Source: an uncultured Clostridia bacterium (lineage in GTDB: Bacteria; Bacillota; Clostridia; Oscillospirales; Oscillospiraceae). Taken from it: a stretch of 64,000 bases of DNA. Below, piece by piece: positions 12,825 through 22,085 of the stretch. The notes beneath the pieces were generated by a model that had not been told where the DNA came from, searched no databases, and was given only the letters and a program-made list of their open reading frames with translations. Where the stretch lies: positions 137 through 64,136 of the forward strand of contig CAMGRL010000007.1 in the NCBI GenBank assembly GCA_946061515.1. The letters are read 5' to 3'. Position 1 is the stretch's first letter. Every line of letters starts with the position of its first letter. Position numbers and translations under genes: made by a program.

Positions 12825-13058
12825 TTCAGTTCCTCCTTCAACAGGGAAAAATGTTTGTCTATACAGCTATAAAGGATAATTTATTGGTAGTTGTAGCAGT
12901 AGGGAAAATTTTTGTGGAAAAGTCCCCTGAGCCCTTGAAAGCAGGGATTTTATTCTGTTCAGAAAAAAGTTGACTATTTTTTTGTTTTCCACAGGGGCGG
13001 TACTTCAATTTTTTCTCCACAATCGGTTCTTCACTTGTTCACAAAGAAATGTGGAAAA
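12825..13058. promoter_or_regulatory. oriC: Candidate oriC (dnaA-dnaN spacer) with four DnaA-box variants, a phased TAG-type trinucleotide run and an A+T-rich stretch
   Basis: Four 9-mers lie one mismatch from TTATCCACA/TGTGGATAA: TGTGGAAAA at 12913-12921 and 13050-13058, TTTTCCACA at 12985-12993, and TTCTCCACA at 13013-13021. The run TAG TTG TAG CAG TAG is at 12888-12902. The A+T-rich ctataaaggataatttattgg is at about 12866-12887. Confidence 0.7.
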
Positions 13059-14366
13059 TTAATTGGAATTGATATTGGAGGTAATGTCCCTGACAATGCC
13101 GGCCATGGAACTGTCGGTTTTCAGCAGATCTTCGACTTTCCGGATGGAGGCCAGGACGGTGGCATGGTTTCTGTCCTCGTATTCCGCGCCAATATCCTTC
13201 AGAGAGAGATTTGTCAGCGAGCGCATAAGGTACATGGAGACCTGTCTTGCCATGGCGGTGTTTTTGGAACGATTCTGACCCCGCAGATCCTCTTCCTTCA
13301 GGGAGTAATACTTGGCTGTCTCCTTGATGATGATATCCGGCGTGGGGATGTAGGTGCCGATTTTGATGACATCCTTGATGGCCCGTTTTACGGAATCAAT
13401 GGTGATCACATCGTCCAGAATCTCTTTATAGGCTGTCAGCCGTTTGATCACGCCTTCCAGCTGCCGGATATTGGCGGTGATGTTTTCCGCGATATATTCC
13501 ACCGCTTCGTCGGACAGGAGCAGGCCCAGTTGGGCTGCCTTATTGCGGATGATGGCCATTCTTGTTTCCAGATCGGGGGGCTGAATATCCGCCATCAGGC
13601 CGCCTTCAAAGCGGGTGCGCAGACGGTCGTCCAGCAGGGACATCTCCATGGGGGGACGGTCCGAGGTAATCACGATCTGATGTTTTGCTTCATAGATATT
13701 GTTAAAGGTGTGGAAAAACTCGTTCTGGGTCTGCTGTTTACCGGCGATGAACTGAATATCGTCTACAAGGAAAAGGTCCACATTTCTGTATTTGGTGCGG
13801 AATTCTTCTCCTGTGCCGTCCTTGATTGCCCGGACCAGCTGAATGGTAAATTCATCGCCCTTCACATAGGCAATTTTCTTTGAGGGGTCTTTCTCGTGAA
13901 TCTCCTGACCGATTGCCAGCAAAAGATGGGTCTTTCCCAGGCCAGAGTTTCCGTAGATAAACAGGGGATTGTAGGTCACACCCGGCTTCTCTGCAACGGC
14001 CACAGCTGCTGCGTGGGCAAATTTATTGGAATTACCCACGATGAAGCGGTCAAAGGTATAGCCTTCCATTTCCGGCAGGGAGTTTTCCGCTTTTTTCTTG
14101 ATGGAAAAGTCGTTGATCTCGTCGCCGGCCAGAACCAGAATATCAAAATCGCAGGAGAACAGGTCGGAGAGGGCTGCCTTTATGGTGTCGCCGAAGCGGG
14201 AAATGATGATGCTGCGCTTAAAATCCGTGGTGGTATGCAGCACCAGCTTGCAGTCGTCGATCTCCACAGGGGTGCAGTCGGAAAACCAGGTGCTGATCGC
14301 TGTCGGTGTGAGCTGCTTTGAAAGAATATTTACGATTTCATCCCATATATCGTTTACAGAGTTCAT
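13059..14366 (-). CDS. dnaA: Chromosomal replication initiator protein DnaA
   Basis: 435 aa. Contains the AAA+ GNSGLGKTHLL and LLVDDIQF, and the domain IV KNTAMARQVSMYLMRSLT. Confidence 0.97.
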   Translation of the reverse strand: MNSVNDIWDEIVNILSKQLTPTAISTWFSDCTPVEIDDCKLVLHTTTDFKRSIIISRFGDTIKAALSDLFSCDFDILVLAGDEINDFSIKKKAENSLPEMEGYTFDRFIVGNSNKFAHAAAVAVAEKPGVTYNPLFIYGNSGLGKTHLLLAIGQEIHEKDPSKKIAYVKGDEFTIQLVRAIKDGTGEEFRTKYRNVDLFLVDDIQFIAGKQQTQNEFFHTFNNIYEAKHQIVITSDRPPMEMSLLDDRLRTRFEGGLMADIQPPDLETRMAIIRNKAAQLGLLLSDEAVEYIAENITANIRQLEGVIKRLTAYKEILDDVITIDSVKRAIKDVIKIGTYIPTPDIIIKETAKYYSLKEEDLRGQNRSKNTAMARQVSMYLMRSLTNLSLKDIGAEYEDRNHATVLASIRKVEDLLKTDSSMAGIVRDITSNINSN

Positions 14367-14404
14367 TAACCCACCTCATTTGCGATAATATTCCTAACTA
14401 TAAG

Positions 14405-14433
14405 AGTATAGCAAAAAACTGTATACTTTGCAA
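14405..14433 (-). promoter_or_regulatory. Candidate dnaA promoter TTGCAA-17 nt-TATACT (TGc extended)
   Basis: Minus strand reads cTTGCAAagtatacagttttttgcTATACTc. The -35 is 14428-14433 and the -10 is 14405-14410, followed by the RBS gaggtgggttaATG. Confidence 0.5.
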
Positions 14434-14463
14434 GATATAAATATATTATAGTAGGAGAAAGCG

Positions 14464-14494
14464 AAAAAAAGAGGCCGCCCTTTTTGGGCGGCCT
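14464..14494 (-). terminator. Rho-independent terminator after mscL
   Basis: 9-bp perfect GC-rich stem aggccgccc/gggcggcct (14472-14480 and 14486-14494). It is followed on the minus strand by TTTTTTT. Confidence 0.75.
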
Positions 14495-14506
14495 TAAGTT
14501 ATACAA

Positions 14507-14938
14507 TTACTTTTTCTTCAGTTCTTCCAGAATCTGGGCCAGCAGCTCTTCGCTGGTGGGTTTGGCAGGTTCTTCGGGAGCGGCCTCTTCCTTCTTGTGG
14601 GCCAGGTCGTGAGCCTTGTTGGCCACTTTGACGATGGCAAATACCACCAGCGCGATCAGCAGAAAGTCGATCACCGTGCCCACAAAGCTTCCGAAGCCCA
14701 GGGTGATAGCCTCTTTCACCACCTCGCCGGCCTCGTCATATACAGCCGGGCGGACCAAAATGTTCAGTGCGGTCATGTCCCTTGTGCCGCAGATCCAGCT
14801 CACAAGGGGCAGGATCAGGTCATTGACCAGAGAAGTGGTGATCTTGCCGAAGGCCCCGGCAATGACAACGCCGATAGCCATATCCAGCACGTTGCCGCGC
14901 ATAATGAAGGCCTTAAATTCATTGAACAATTTTTTCAT
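14507..14938 (-). CDS. mscL: Large-conductance mechanosensitive channel
   Basis: 143 aa, FKAFIMRGNVLDMAIGVVIAGAFGKITTSLVNDLILP, the canonical MscL N-terminus. Confidence 0.92.
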   Translation of the reverse strand: MKKLFNEFKAFIMRGNVLDMAIGVVIAGAFGKITTSLVNDLILPLVSWICGTRDMTALNILVRPAVYDEAGEVVKEAITLGFGSFVGTVIDFLLIALVVFAIVKVANKAHDLAHKKEEAAPEEPAKPTSEELLAQILEELKKK

Positions 14939-14956
14939 CTGATTCTCTGTCCTTCC

Positions 14957-16261
14957 TTATTTGTTGGGAATAAGAATTTCCGTTCCGCCCATGTACGGCC
15001 GGAGAACTTCGGGAATGGTCACGCTGCCGTCGGCCTGAAGGTGGTTTTCCAAAAAGGCAATGAGCATACGGGGAGGAGCAACCACGGTGTTATTGAGCGT
15101 ATGGGGCAGATACATCTTGCCGTCGGCGCCCTTGACGCGGATCTTCAGGCGGCGGGCCTGGGCGTCGCCCAGGTTGGAGCAGGAGCAGACCTCAAAATAC
15201 TTCTGCTGTCTGGGAGACCAGGCTTCAATATCGCAGGACTTGACCTTCAGGTCGGCCAGGTCGCCGGAGCAGCACTCCAGCTGGCGCACGGGGATCTCCA
15301 GGCTGCGGAAAAGCTCCACGGAGAAGCGCCACATCTTCTCGTACCAGGCCATGGAATCCTCGGGCTTGCAGACCACGATCATTTCCTGCTTTTCAAACTG
15401 GTGGATGCGGTACACACCCCGCTCCTCAATGCCGTGGGCGCCCTTTTCCTTGCGGAAGCAGGGGGAATAGCTGGTAAGGGTCTGGGGCAGCTTGTCCTCG
15501 GGGATGATCTGGTCGATGAATTTGCCGATCATGGAGTGCTCGGAGGTGCCGATCAGATACAGGTCTTCTCCCTCAATTTTATACATCATGGCGTCCATAT
15601 CGGTTTGGCTCATGACGCCTTCCACCACATTGCCGTGGATCATAAAGGGCGGAATGCAGTAGATAAAGCCCTTGTTGATCATAAAGTCTCTGGCGTAGGC
15701 CAGCACCGCGGAGTGGAGTCTGGCAATGTCGCCCATCAGGTAATAAAAACCGTTGCCGGAAACCCGGCCGGCCGCGTCCATGTCCACGCCGTTAAAGCTC
15801 TCCATGATCTTGGTGTGATAAGGGATCTCAAAATCGGGGACCACCGGTTCACCGAATCTCTCCACTTCAACATTGGCGCTGTCGTCCGGGCCGATGGGGA
15901 CGGAGGGGTCAATGATATTGGGGATATTCAGCATAATGGCGTGGATACGCTGGGCATACTCCTCCTCCAGAGTCTCCAGCTCGGCAAGACGGTCGGCATT
16001 TGCCTTGACCTGGGCCTTGACCTTTTCGGCCTCTTCCAGCTTGGAGGGGTCCTTTTTGGCCTGGCCCATCAGAATGCCGATCTGCTTGGACAGGGTGTTT
16101 CTGCTGGCGCGGATCTCGCTGGCCTCGGTGATAGCCGCGCGGTTTTTTGCGTCAAGCTCGATGACCTCGTCCACCAGGGGGAGCTTCTGATCCTGAAATT
16201 TCTTTTTGATGTTTTCCTTTACCAGATCCGGGTTTTCTCTTACAAAACGTATATCAAGCAT
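14957..16261 (-). CDS. serS: Seryl-tRNA synthetase
   Basis: 434 aa, MLDIRFVRENPDLVKENIKKK, with a coiled-coil arm and class II motifs (FRKEKGAHG, TSEHS). Confidence 0.95.
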   Translation of the reverse strand: MLDIRFVRENPDLVKENIKKKFQDQKLPLVDEVIELDAKNRAAITEASEIRASRNTLSKQIGILMGQAKKDPSKLEEAEKVKAQVKANADRLAELETLEEEYAQRIHAIMLNIPNIIDPSVPIGPDDSANVEVERFGEPVVPDFEIPYHTKIMESFNGVDMDAAGRVSGNGFYYLMGDIARLHSAVLAYARDFMINKGFIYCIPPFMIHGNVVEGVMSQTDMDAMMYKIEGEDLYLIGTSEHSMIGKFIDQIIPEDKLPQTLTSYSPCFRKEKGAHGIEERGVYRIHQFEKQEMIVVCKPEDSMAWYEKMWRFSVELFRSLEIPVRQLECCSGDLADLKVKSCDIEAWSPRQQKYFEVCSCSNLGDAQARRLKIRVKGADGKMYLPHTLNNTVVAPPRMLIAFLENHLQADGSVTIPEVLRPYMGGTEILIPNK

Positions 16262-16280
16262 GTTCTTTTCTCCTCATCTT

Positions 16281-17153
16281 TTATTTGCCAAGACCGCGCA
16301 GAAGCTCAATCAGATTCTCTCTGTCGTCGGCCCCGTAAAATTCAATTTCAATTTTGCCTGTCTTTTTTCCGTCGGTCAGCTTCACCTTTCTGCCCAGCAC
16401 TTTGGAGAGCTGGTCGGAAATTTCCGCCGCGTAGTCAACGGAAACGCTGTTGTTATTTTCCTTTTCCGGAACAACTTCTCTTGACAGCTTTGCGGCCAGC
16501 TGTTCCGTTTTCCGGACGGAGAGACCCTTTTCCCTGACCTCCGTGGCGGCATCCAACTGTTTTTTATCGTCGGTTATGGAGATCAGCGCCCGGGCATGGC
16601 CTGCTGACAGCTCGTTTTTCTCCACCATTTCCAAAACCTTGGGGGAGAGGGACAAAAGCCGCAGGGCATTAGTGATGCTGGGCCGGGATCGGCCAACGCT
16701 CTTCGCCGCTTCTTCCTGGGTCAGGCCGAATTCGTCAATCAAGGTTTTATAGCCCTTGGCCTCCTCAATGGGGTTCAGGTCTTCTCTCTGCAGGTTCTCC
16801 ACCAGGGCCAGCTCCGCGGTCTTCCGGTCGTCCGCTTCAATGACTCTCACCGGCACCTCGTCCAGGCCTGCCATGCGGCTTGCCCGCCAGCGCCGTTCAC
16901 CGGCGATGATCTGATAGTAGCCTGTGTCCAGCTTGCGTACGGTTATGGGCTGGATAAGACCGTATTGGGCAATGGAGTCGGCCAATTCCTGCAAGGCCTG
17001 CTGGTCAAAATACTCTCTGGGCTGGTCCACTCTGGGTTCCACCTTGGAGATGGGCAGAGTCAGAAGCTCAGATTCGTTTTCTTCATTCAGGCCGTTTGCA
17101 CCAAAGAGGACGTCCAGTCCGGTGCCCAGACCTTTCTTTTCTCTCGCTGCCAT
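16281..17153 (-). CDS. parB: Chromosome partitioning protein ParB/Spo0J
   Basis: 290 aa. Contains GLGTGLDVLF, the ParB box GLIQPITVRK....IIAGERRWRAS, and an HTH region. Confidence 0.93.
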   Translation of the reverse strand: MAAREKKGLGTGLDVLFGANGLNEENESELLTLPISKVEPRVDQPREYFDQQALQELADSIAQYGLIQPITVRKLDTGYYQIIAGERRWRASRMAGLDEVPVRVIEADDRKTAELALVENLQREDLNPIEEAKGYKTLIDEFGLTQEEAAKSVGRSRPSITNALRLLSLSPKVLEMVEKNELSAGHARALISITDDKKQLDAATEVREKGLSVRKTEQLAAKLSREVVPEKENNNSVSVDYAAEISDQLSKVLGRKVKLTDGKKTGKIEIEFYGADDRENLIELLRGLGK

Positions 17154-17921
17154 TTATCCTCCTTTTCTCTCGCATCTGTCCATAAATTCCTGGGCCAGGG
17201 CCATATAGGCCTTTGTGCCCTTGTTGTACTTGTCGTATTCAATGCCGGGTATGCCGTGGCTGGGTGCTTCGGACAGCCGGATACTTCGGGGGACTACAGT
17301 CTCATAGACTTTGCTGCCCAAAAATCTTCTCAGCTCGTTTTCTACCTGGGTGGTCAGATTCATCCGGGAATCGTACATGGTCAGAACGATCCCTTCCACC
17401 TCCAGCCGCCGGTTCAGCCGCCGGTTACACATTTTGATGCTGGTCATCAGGTCCGTGATGCCTTCCAGGGCGTAATATTCGCACTGCATGGGGATCAGCA
17501 CGCTGTCCGCCGCCACCAGGGCGTTCACGGTCAGCAGCTCCAGCGAGGGGGGACAGTCTATAAATATATAGTCGTAATCCGTATAGAGACCGATCAGCGC
17601 CTTTTTCAAGACGTATTCTCTCTCTTCGGCGTCGATCAGTTCCACTGACGCGGCGGCCAGTTCGTTTCCCGTAGGGATCACGTCGCCGTAATCCGTATGT
17701 ACAATGCAATCCTCCGCCGGACTGCTGTTGATGAGCATATCGTAGGTATTGGGCCTGTTTGTTTTGGATACGCCCATGCCGGAGCTGGCGTTGCCCTGGG
17801 GGTCTCCGTCCACCAGCAGCACGCGTCTGCCCATTTTATGCAGAGCGGCGCTCAGGTTCACGCAGGTTGTGGTTTTTCCCACGCCGCCCTTTTGGTTTGC
17901 TACTGCAATTATTCTTGCCAT
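17154..17921 (-). CDS. parA: Chromosome partitioning ATPase ParA/Soj
   Basis: MARIIAVANQKGGVGKTTT carries the deviant Walker A. The start at 17921 follows a GGAGAG RBS. It abuts the parB start. Confidence 0.93.
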   Translation of the reverse strand: MARIIAVANQKGGVGKTTTCVNLSAALHKMGRRVLLVDGDPQGNASSGMGVSKTNRPNTYDMLINSSPAEDCIVHTDYGDVIPTGNELAAASVELIDAEEREYVLKKALIGLYTDYDYIFIDCPPSLELLTVNALVAADSVLIPMQCEYYALEGITDLMTSIKMCNRRLNRRLEVEGIVLTMYDSRMNLTTQVENELRRFLGSKVYETVVPRSIRLSEAPSHGIPGIEYDKYNKGTKAYMALAQEFMDRCERKGG

Positions 17922-17986
17922 GATGCTCTCCATCCTGCATTTTTCTTTTCGGCAGACATTATAACAGCATCCTGACGCCTTTTCAA

Positions 17987-18002
17987 TGTTTCACGTGAAA
18001 CA
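17987..18002. promoter_or_regulatory. parS: parS centromere-like site (perfect palindrome TGTTTCACGTGAAACA)
   Basis: Exact 16-mer matching the Firmicute parS consensus TGTTNCACGTGAAACA. Confidence 0.88.
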
Positions 18003-18025
18003 TTTTGAATTTTTGTAAAAATGAA

Positions 18026-18041
18026 TGTTTCACGTGAAACA
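18026..18041. promoter_or_regulatory. parS: Second parS site (TGTTTCACGTGAAACA), abutting the gpr stop codon
   Basis: Identical 16-mer 39 bp from the first. Both lie in the 120-bp gpr-parA spacer. Confidence 0.88.
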
Positions 18042-18887
18042 TCAGCCAATCAGCATATCAATGTCGCCAATAGAAAGCCCGTCATGGACCGCCAGGTCAA
18101 TGCCGTAGCCGATCAGCCTGGCCGCGCTGCGCACCAGACTGTCAATATTCCGGGGCGTGACAAACATATGGGCATTGTTTCCGCCGCCAAGAAGCTCTGA
18201 ATCAATGACCGTGGGGACGCCTATCCCCACAACAGGCACGCCCAGATAATCCTGACTCAATTCCTCCCGGTCATTGCCCACACCGGAGCCGGGGGCCACC
18301 CCCGCGCTGTTTACCTGTATGGTCCGGCAGAGCCGGTCCGGGTCAGAACCGGCCAGAGCGTCCACGGCAATGACAAACTCCGGCTTCAGTAAATCGCAGA
18401 GGGTTTTGATATGCAGAGCGCTTTCAATCCCGGAGGTCCCCAGAACGCCTGTCCGGCAGAGGGCGAGAGAATGAAAAGAAGAAAAAATCGGATCGCCGGA
18501 ATGTTTCAGATGCCGGGTCACGATCAGATGGGAGGCGGTAAGGGGGCCAAGGGCGTCCGGCGTGATATCCGGATTGCCCAGAGCGGCCACCAGCACAGAG
18601 GAGGAGGACACACCGTCAAAGCAGTTTCTGATTAAACGGGCCAGGGCCTCCGCGGCTGGCGCAAAGGAATCGGAGCCCCGTTCAAAAAATCGCTCCGGCT
18701 CCAGCGTGTAATATTTGCCCACAGGCTTTTTCAAGGCCTGGGCGCCCTCTTCGTTTTTGATCTCCACAGCGTACAGGGGAAAGCCGTTCAGGGTCTCCTC
18801 TCTCGCAATCACACCGGGGATAGCATTTTTCTTTTTAATCTCCCGATGGGCCTCGGAAGCCATATCGGTTCTGACATTTATTCCCAT
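18042..18887 (-). CDS. gpr: Germination protease (GPR endopeptidase, peptidase A25)
   Basis: Starts MGINVRTDMASEAHRE (the RTDLAxEA signature). Also contains GNPDITPDALGP and a GVAPGSGVGNDREE-type motif. Divergent from rpsT, as in Bacillus. The start at 18887 is preferred over the ORF-track 18995. Confidence 0.8.
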   Translation of the reverse strand: MGINVRTDMASEAHREIKKKNAIPGVIAREETLNGFPLYAVEIKNEEGAQALKKPVGKYYTLEPERFFERGSDSFAPAAEALARLIRNCFDGVSSSSVLVAALGNPDITPDALGPLTASHLIVTRHLKHSGDPIFSSFHSLALCRTGVLGTSGIESALHIKTLCDLLKPEFVIAVDALAGSDPDRLCRTIQVNSAGVAPGSGVGNDREELSQDYLGVPVVGIGVPTVIDSELLGGGNNAHMFVTPRNIDSLVRSAARLIGYGIDLAVHDGLSIGDIDMLIG

Positions 18888-18984
18888 AATGCACCTCACA
18901 GAAATCAATATATTGTGTATTTTTTCCGAAAAGGACAAAAGAAATAACAAGTAAAAAAAATAAACTTTTTTTTGCAAAAAACTC

Positions 18985-19013
18985 TTGATTTTCAAAACTA
19001 TATTTGCTATAAT
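18985..19013 (+). promoter_or_regulatory. Candidate rpsT promoter TTGATT-17 nt-TATAAT (TGc extended -10)
   Basis: The -35 is 18985-18990 and the -10 is 19008-19013 with the TGC preceding it, about 55 nt upstream of the rpsT ATG. Confidence 0.6.
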
Positions 19014-19068
19014 TTCAAAACGCGAGTTATGTATAGCTCAATTTTATAGGAGGAGGTGGCGATCGAAC

Positions 19069-19332
19069 ATGGCCAACATTAAATCTTCTGCCAAGAGAGA
19101 CGAAAAGTCCAAGCAGCTCAGAGCAAAGAATCGTGCTGATAAGACCGAGCTCAAGACCATGATGAAAAAGTTTGACGCAGCCGTTGCCGATGGCAACCGC
19201 GACGCAGCCGTCAGTGCCTATAAAGTTGCCGTTAAGACTGTTGACCGTGCGGCTTGCAAGGGTCTGCTTCACAAGAACAACGCAGCTCACAAAAAGTCCG
19301 CTATGGCTGTAAAGCTCAACGAGATGGCTTAA
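19069..19332 (+). CDS. rpsT: 30S ribosomal protein S20
   Basis: MANIKSSAKRDEKSKQLRAKNRADKTELKTMMKKF. RBS is AGGAGGAGGTGG. 87 aa. Confidence 0.93.
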   Translation: MANIKSSAKRDEKSKQLRAKNRADKTELKTMMKKFDAAVADGNRDAAVSAYKVAVKTVDRAACKGLLHKNNAAHKKSAMAVKLNEMA

Positions 19333-19347
19333 GTTTTCAGCAACACA

Positions 19348-19376
19348 AGGACACAGGTTTTCCTGTGTCCTTTTTG
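19348..19376 (+). terminator. Rho-independent terminator after rpsT
   Basis: aggacacagg tttt cctgtgtcct followed by TTTTT. Confidence 0.75.
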
Positions 19377-19579
19377 CTTTATTTACCGGCAGTTTATTTA
19401 TTAGCAGTTTTTATACTATTCTCGATTTCAATCTTTAATATCAGCTTGGTCTATTGGCGCAATACGGCGTTATCGTCACTTGCCATACACAAAGTATGGC
19501 GGCGTTCCTCTGCCTTGTCTTGCACCAATATCCCAGTGCTGCTGATTAAATCTTTCAATCAAGAATTAGTATTATCCAT

Positions 19580-19608
19580 TTGACCCCGCGCCCCATTGGG
19601 ATTATAAT
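19580..19608 (+). promoter_or_regulatory. Candidate promoter TTGACC-17 nt-TATAAT for the lipid kinase gene
   Basis: The -35 is 19580-19585 and the -10 is 19603-19608. Confidence 0.5.
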
Positions 19609-19633
19609 GGAAAAAAGAAAGGGGAGCATACAG

Positions 19634-20524
19634 ATGAAAAAGAAACTCATGCTCATCATCAATCCGGCGGCCGGACGGGGCGGATTCAAGGTAAACCTGC
19701 CCGAGGCTCTGAATGTACTGGATATCGGTGGATACAGAACCACCCTTTTTTTTACCTCCGGACGGGGAGAAGCAACGGAATTTGCGGCTGAATTTGCACC
19801 GGAATATGACACGGTGGCCTGCATCGGCGGCGACGGGACCCTAAGCGAGGTGCTTGCAGGCCTGATGCGCCTGAAGGATCCTCCTCCGGTGGGCTATTTC
19901 CCCATGGGCACGGCAAACGACGTGGCCACAACCCTTGCCCTGCCGAAAAACGACACCGTGGGGGCGGCAAAGCGTATGCTTTCCGGCACGCCCCATCCCT
20001 ATGATATCGGCGGTTTTGACGGGGACAAGTTTTTTGCCTATATTGCCGCCTTCGGCGCTTTTACCGAGGCGAGCTACTCCACCCCCCAGAATCAGAAAAA
20101 AGTGCTGGGTCACCTGGCCTATGTGCTGCAGGGCGCGGCCCAGCTTCCCAAAATCGAGGCGTTCAAAACCCGGGTAGAATACGATGAGGGCGTGATCGAG
20201 GCCAATCTGGTCTACGGCAGCATGTCAAACTCCACCTCCGTGGCCGGGATCGTCCGGCTGAATGAGGAGATGGTCAGTCTGGGCGATGGCATGAGCGAGC
20301 TGGTCCTGGTCAAGGACCCGGGCAGTGTGGAGGGCTTCGGCGAGATTTTGACCAGCATACTCTCCCAGAAGTATGACAGCGACAAGCTGCTGGTCCTGCA
20401 TACCAAGCGGGCAAAGTTCAGCTTTGAAAAGCCGGTGGCCTGGACCCGGGACGGCGAGGCCGGGGGAGAGTACACGGAAGTGGAGCTTTGCAATTACCAT
20501 GCGCCGGTCAGGCTGATCTTTTGA
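19634..20524 (+). CDS. Diacylglycerol kinase-family lipid kinase (DagK/YegS type)
   Basis: MKKKLMLIINPAAGRGG and the catalytic-domain motif ACIGGDGTLSEV. The start at 19634 follows AAAGGGGAG. Confidence 0.82.
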   Translation: MKKKLMLIINPAAGRGGFKVNLPEALNVLDIGGYRTTLFFTSGRGEATEFAAEFAPEYDTVACIGGDGTLSEVLAGLMRLKDPPPVGYFPMGTANDVATTLALPKNDTVGAAKRMLSGTPHPYDIGGFDGDKFFAYIAAFGAFTEASYSTPQNQKKVLGHLAYVLQGAAQLPKIEAFKTRVEYDEGVIEANLVYGSMSNSTSVAGIVRLNEEMVSLGDGMSELVLVKDPGSVEGFGEILTSILSQKYDSDKLLVLHTKRAKFSFEKPVAWTRDGEAGGEYTEVELCNYHAPVRLIF

Positions 20525-20533
20525 ATTTTGCTG

Positions 20534-20562
20534 TTGCAAAAAAAGAACATAATAGATATAAT
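20534..20562 (+). promoter_or_regulatory. Candidate asnS promoter TTGCAA-17 nt-TATAAT
   Basis: The -35 is 20534-20539 and the -10 is 20557-20562. The ~70-nt leader carries two short hairpins. Confidence 0.5.
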
Positions 20563-20635
20563 ATCAAAATCAGCGCAGAGACGCTGAAAACATATTATGC
20601 GTGCCCAAGGGCACAAAGAAAGGATGAGTGCCAAT

Positions 20636-22030
<1,395 letters not shown>

Positions 22031-22044
22031 AAGTAAAGATACGA

Positions 22045-22074
22045 AAACTGCCCGGTCGGCTGACCGGGCAGTTT
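22045..22074. terminator. Bidirectional hairpin between convergent asnS and plsY
   Basis: aaactgcccggtc ggct gaccgggcagttt, a 13-bp stem. Confidence 0.7.
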
Positions 22075-22085
22075 CTATACATGAT

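Noticed and set aside
14380-14388. DnaA-box-like 9-mer TTATCGCAA (minus strand) between the dnaA promoter and its start
   Set aside because: It has three mismatches to TTATCCACA, is a single copy, and has no cluster around it.
16262-16280. T-box leaders upstream of serS, asnS (20525-20635) and cysE (29774-29934)
   Set aside because: The spacers are 19 nt, ~110 nt and ~160 nt. None contains the conserved T-box sequence (AANNNGGGTGGTACCGCG-like) or a specifier or antiterminator architecture that I could see. All are too short for a canonical T-box.
14597-16537. 646-aa plus-strand ORF spanning mscL, serS and parB
   Set aside because: It crosses three well-supported minus-strand genes, and its composition is typical of an antisense frame.
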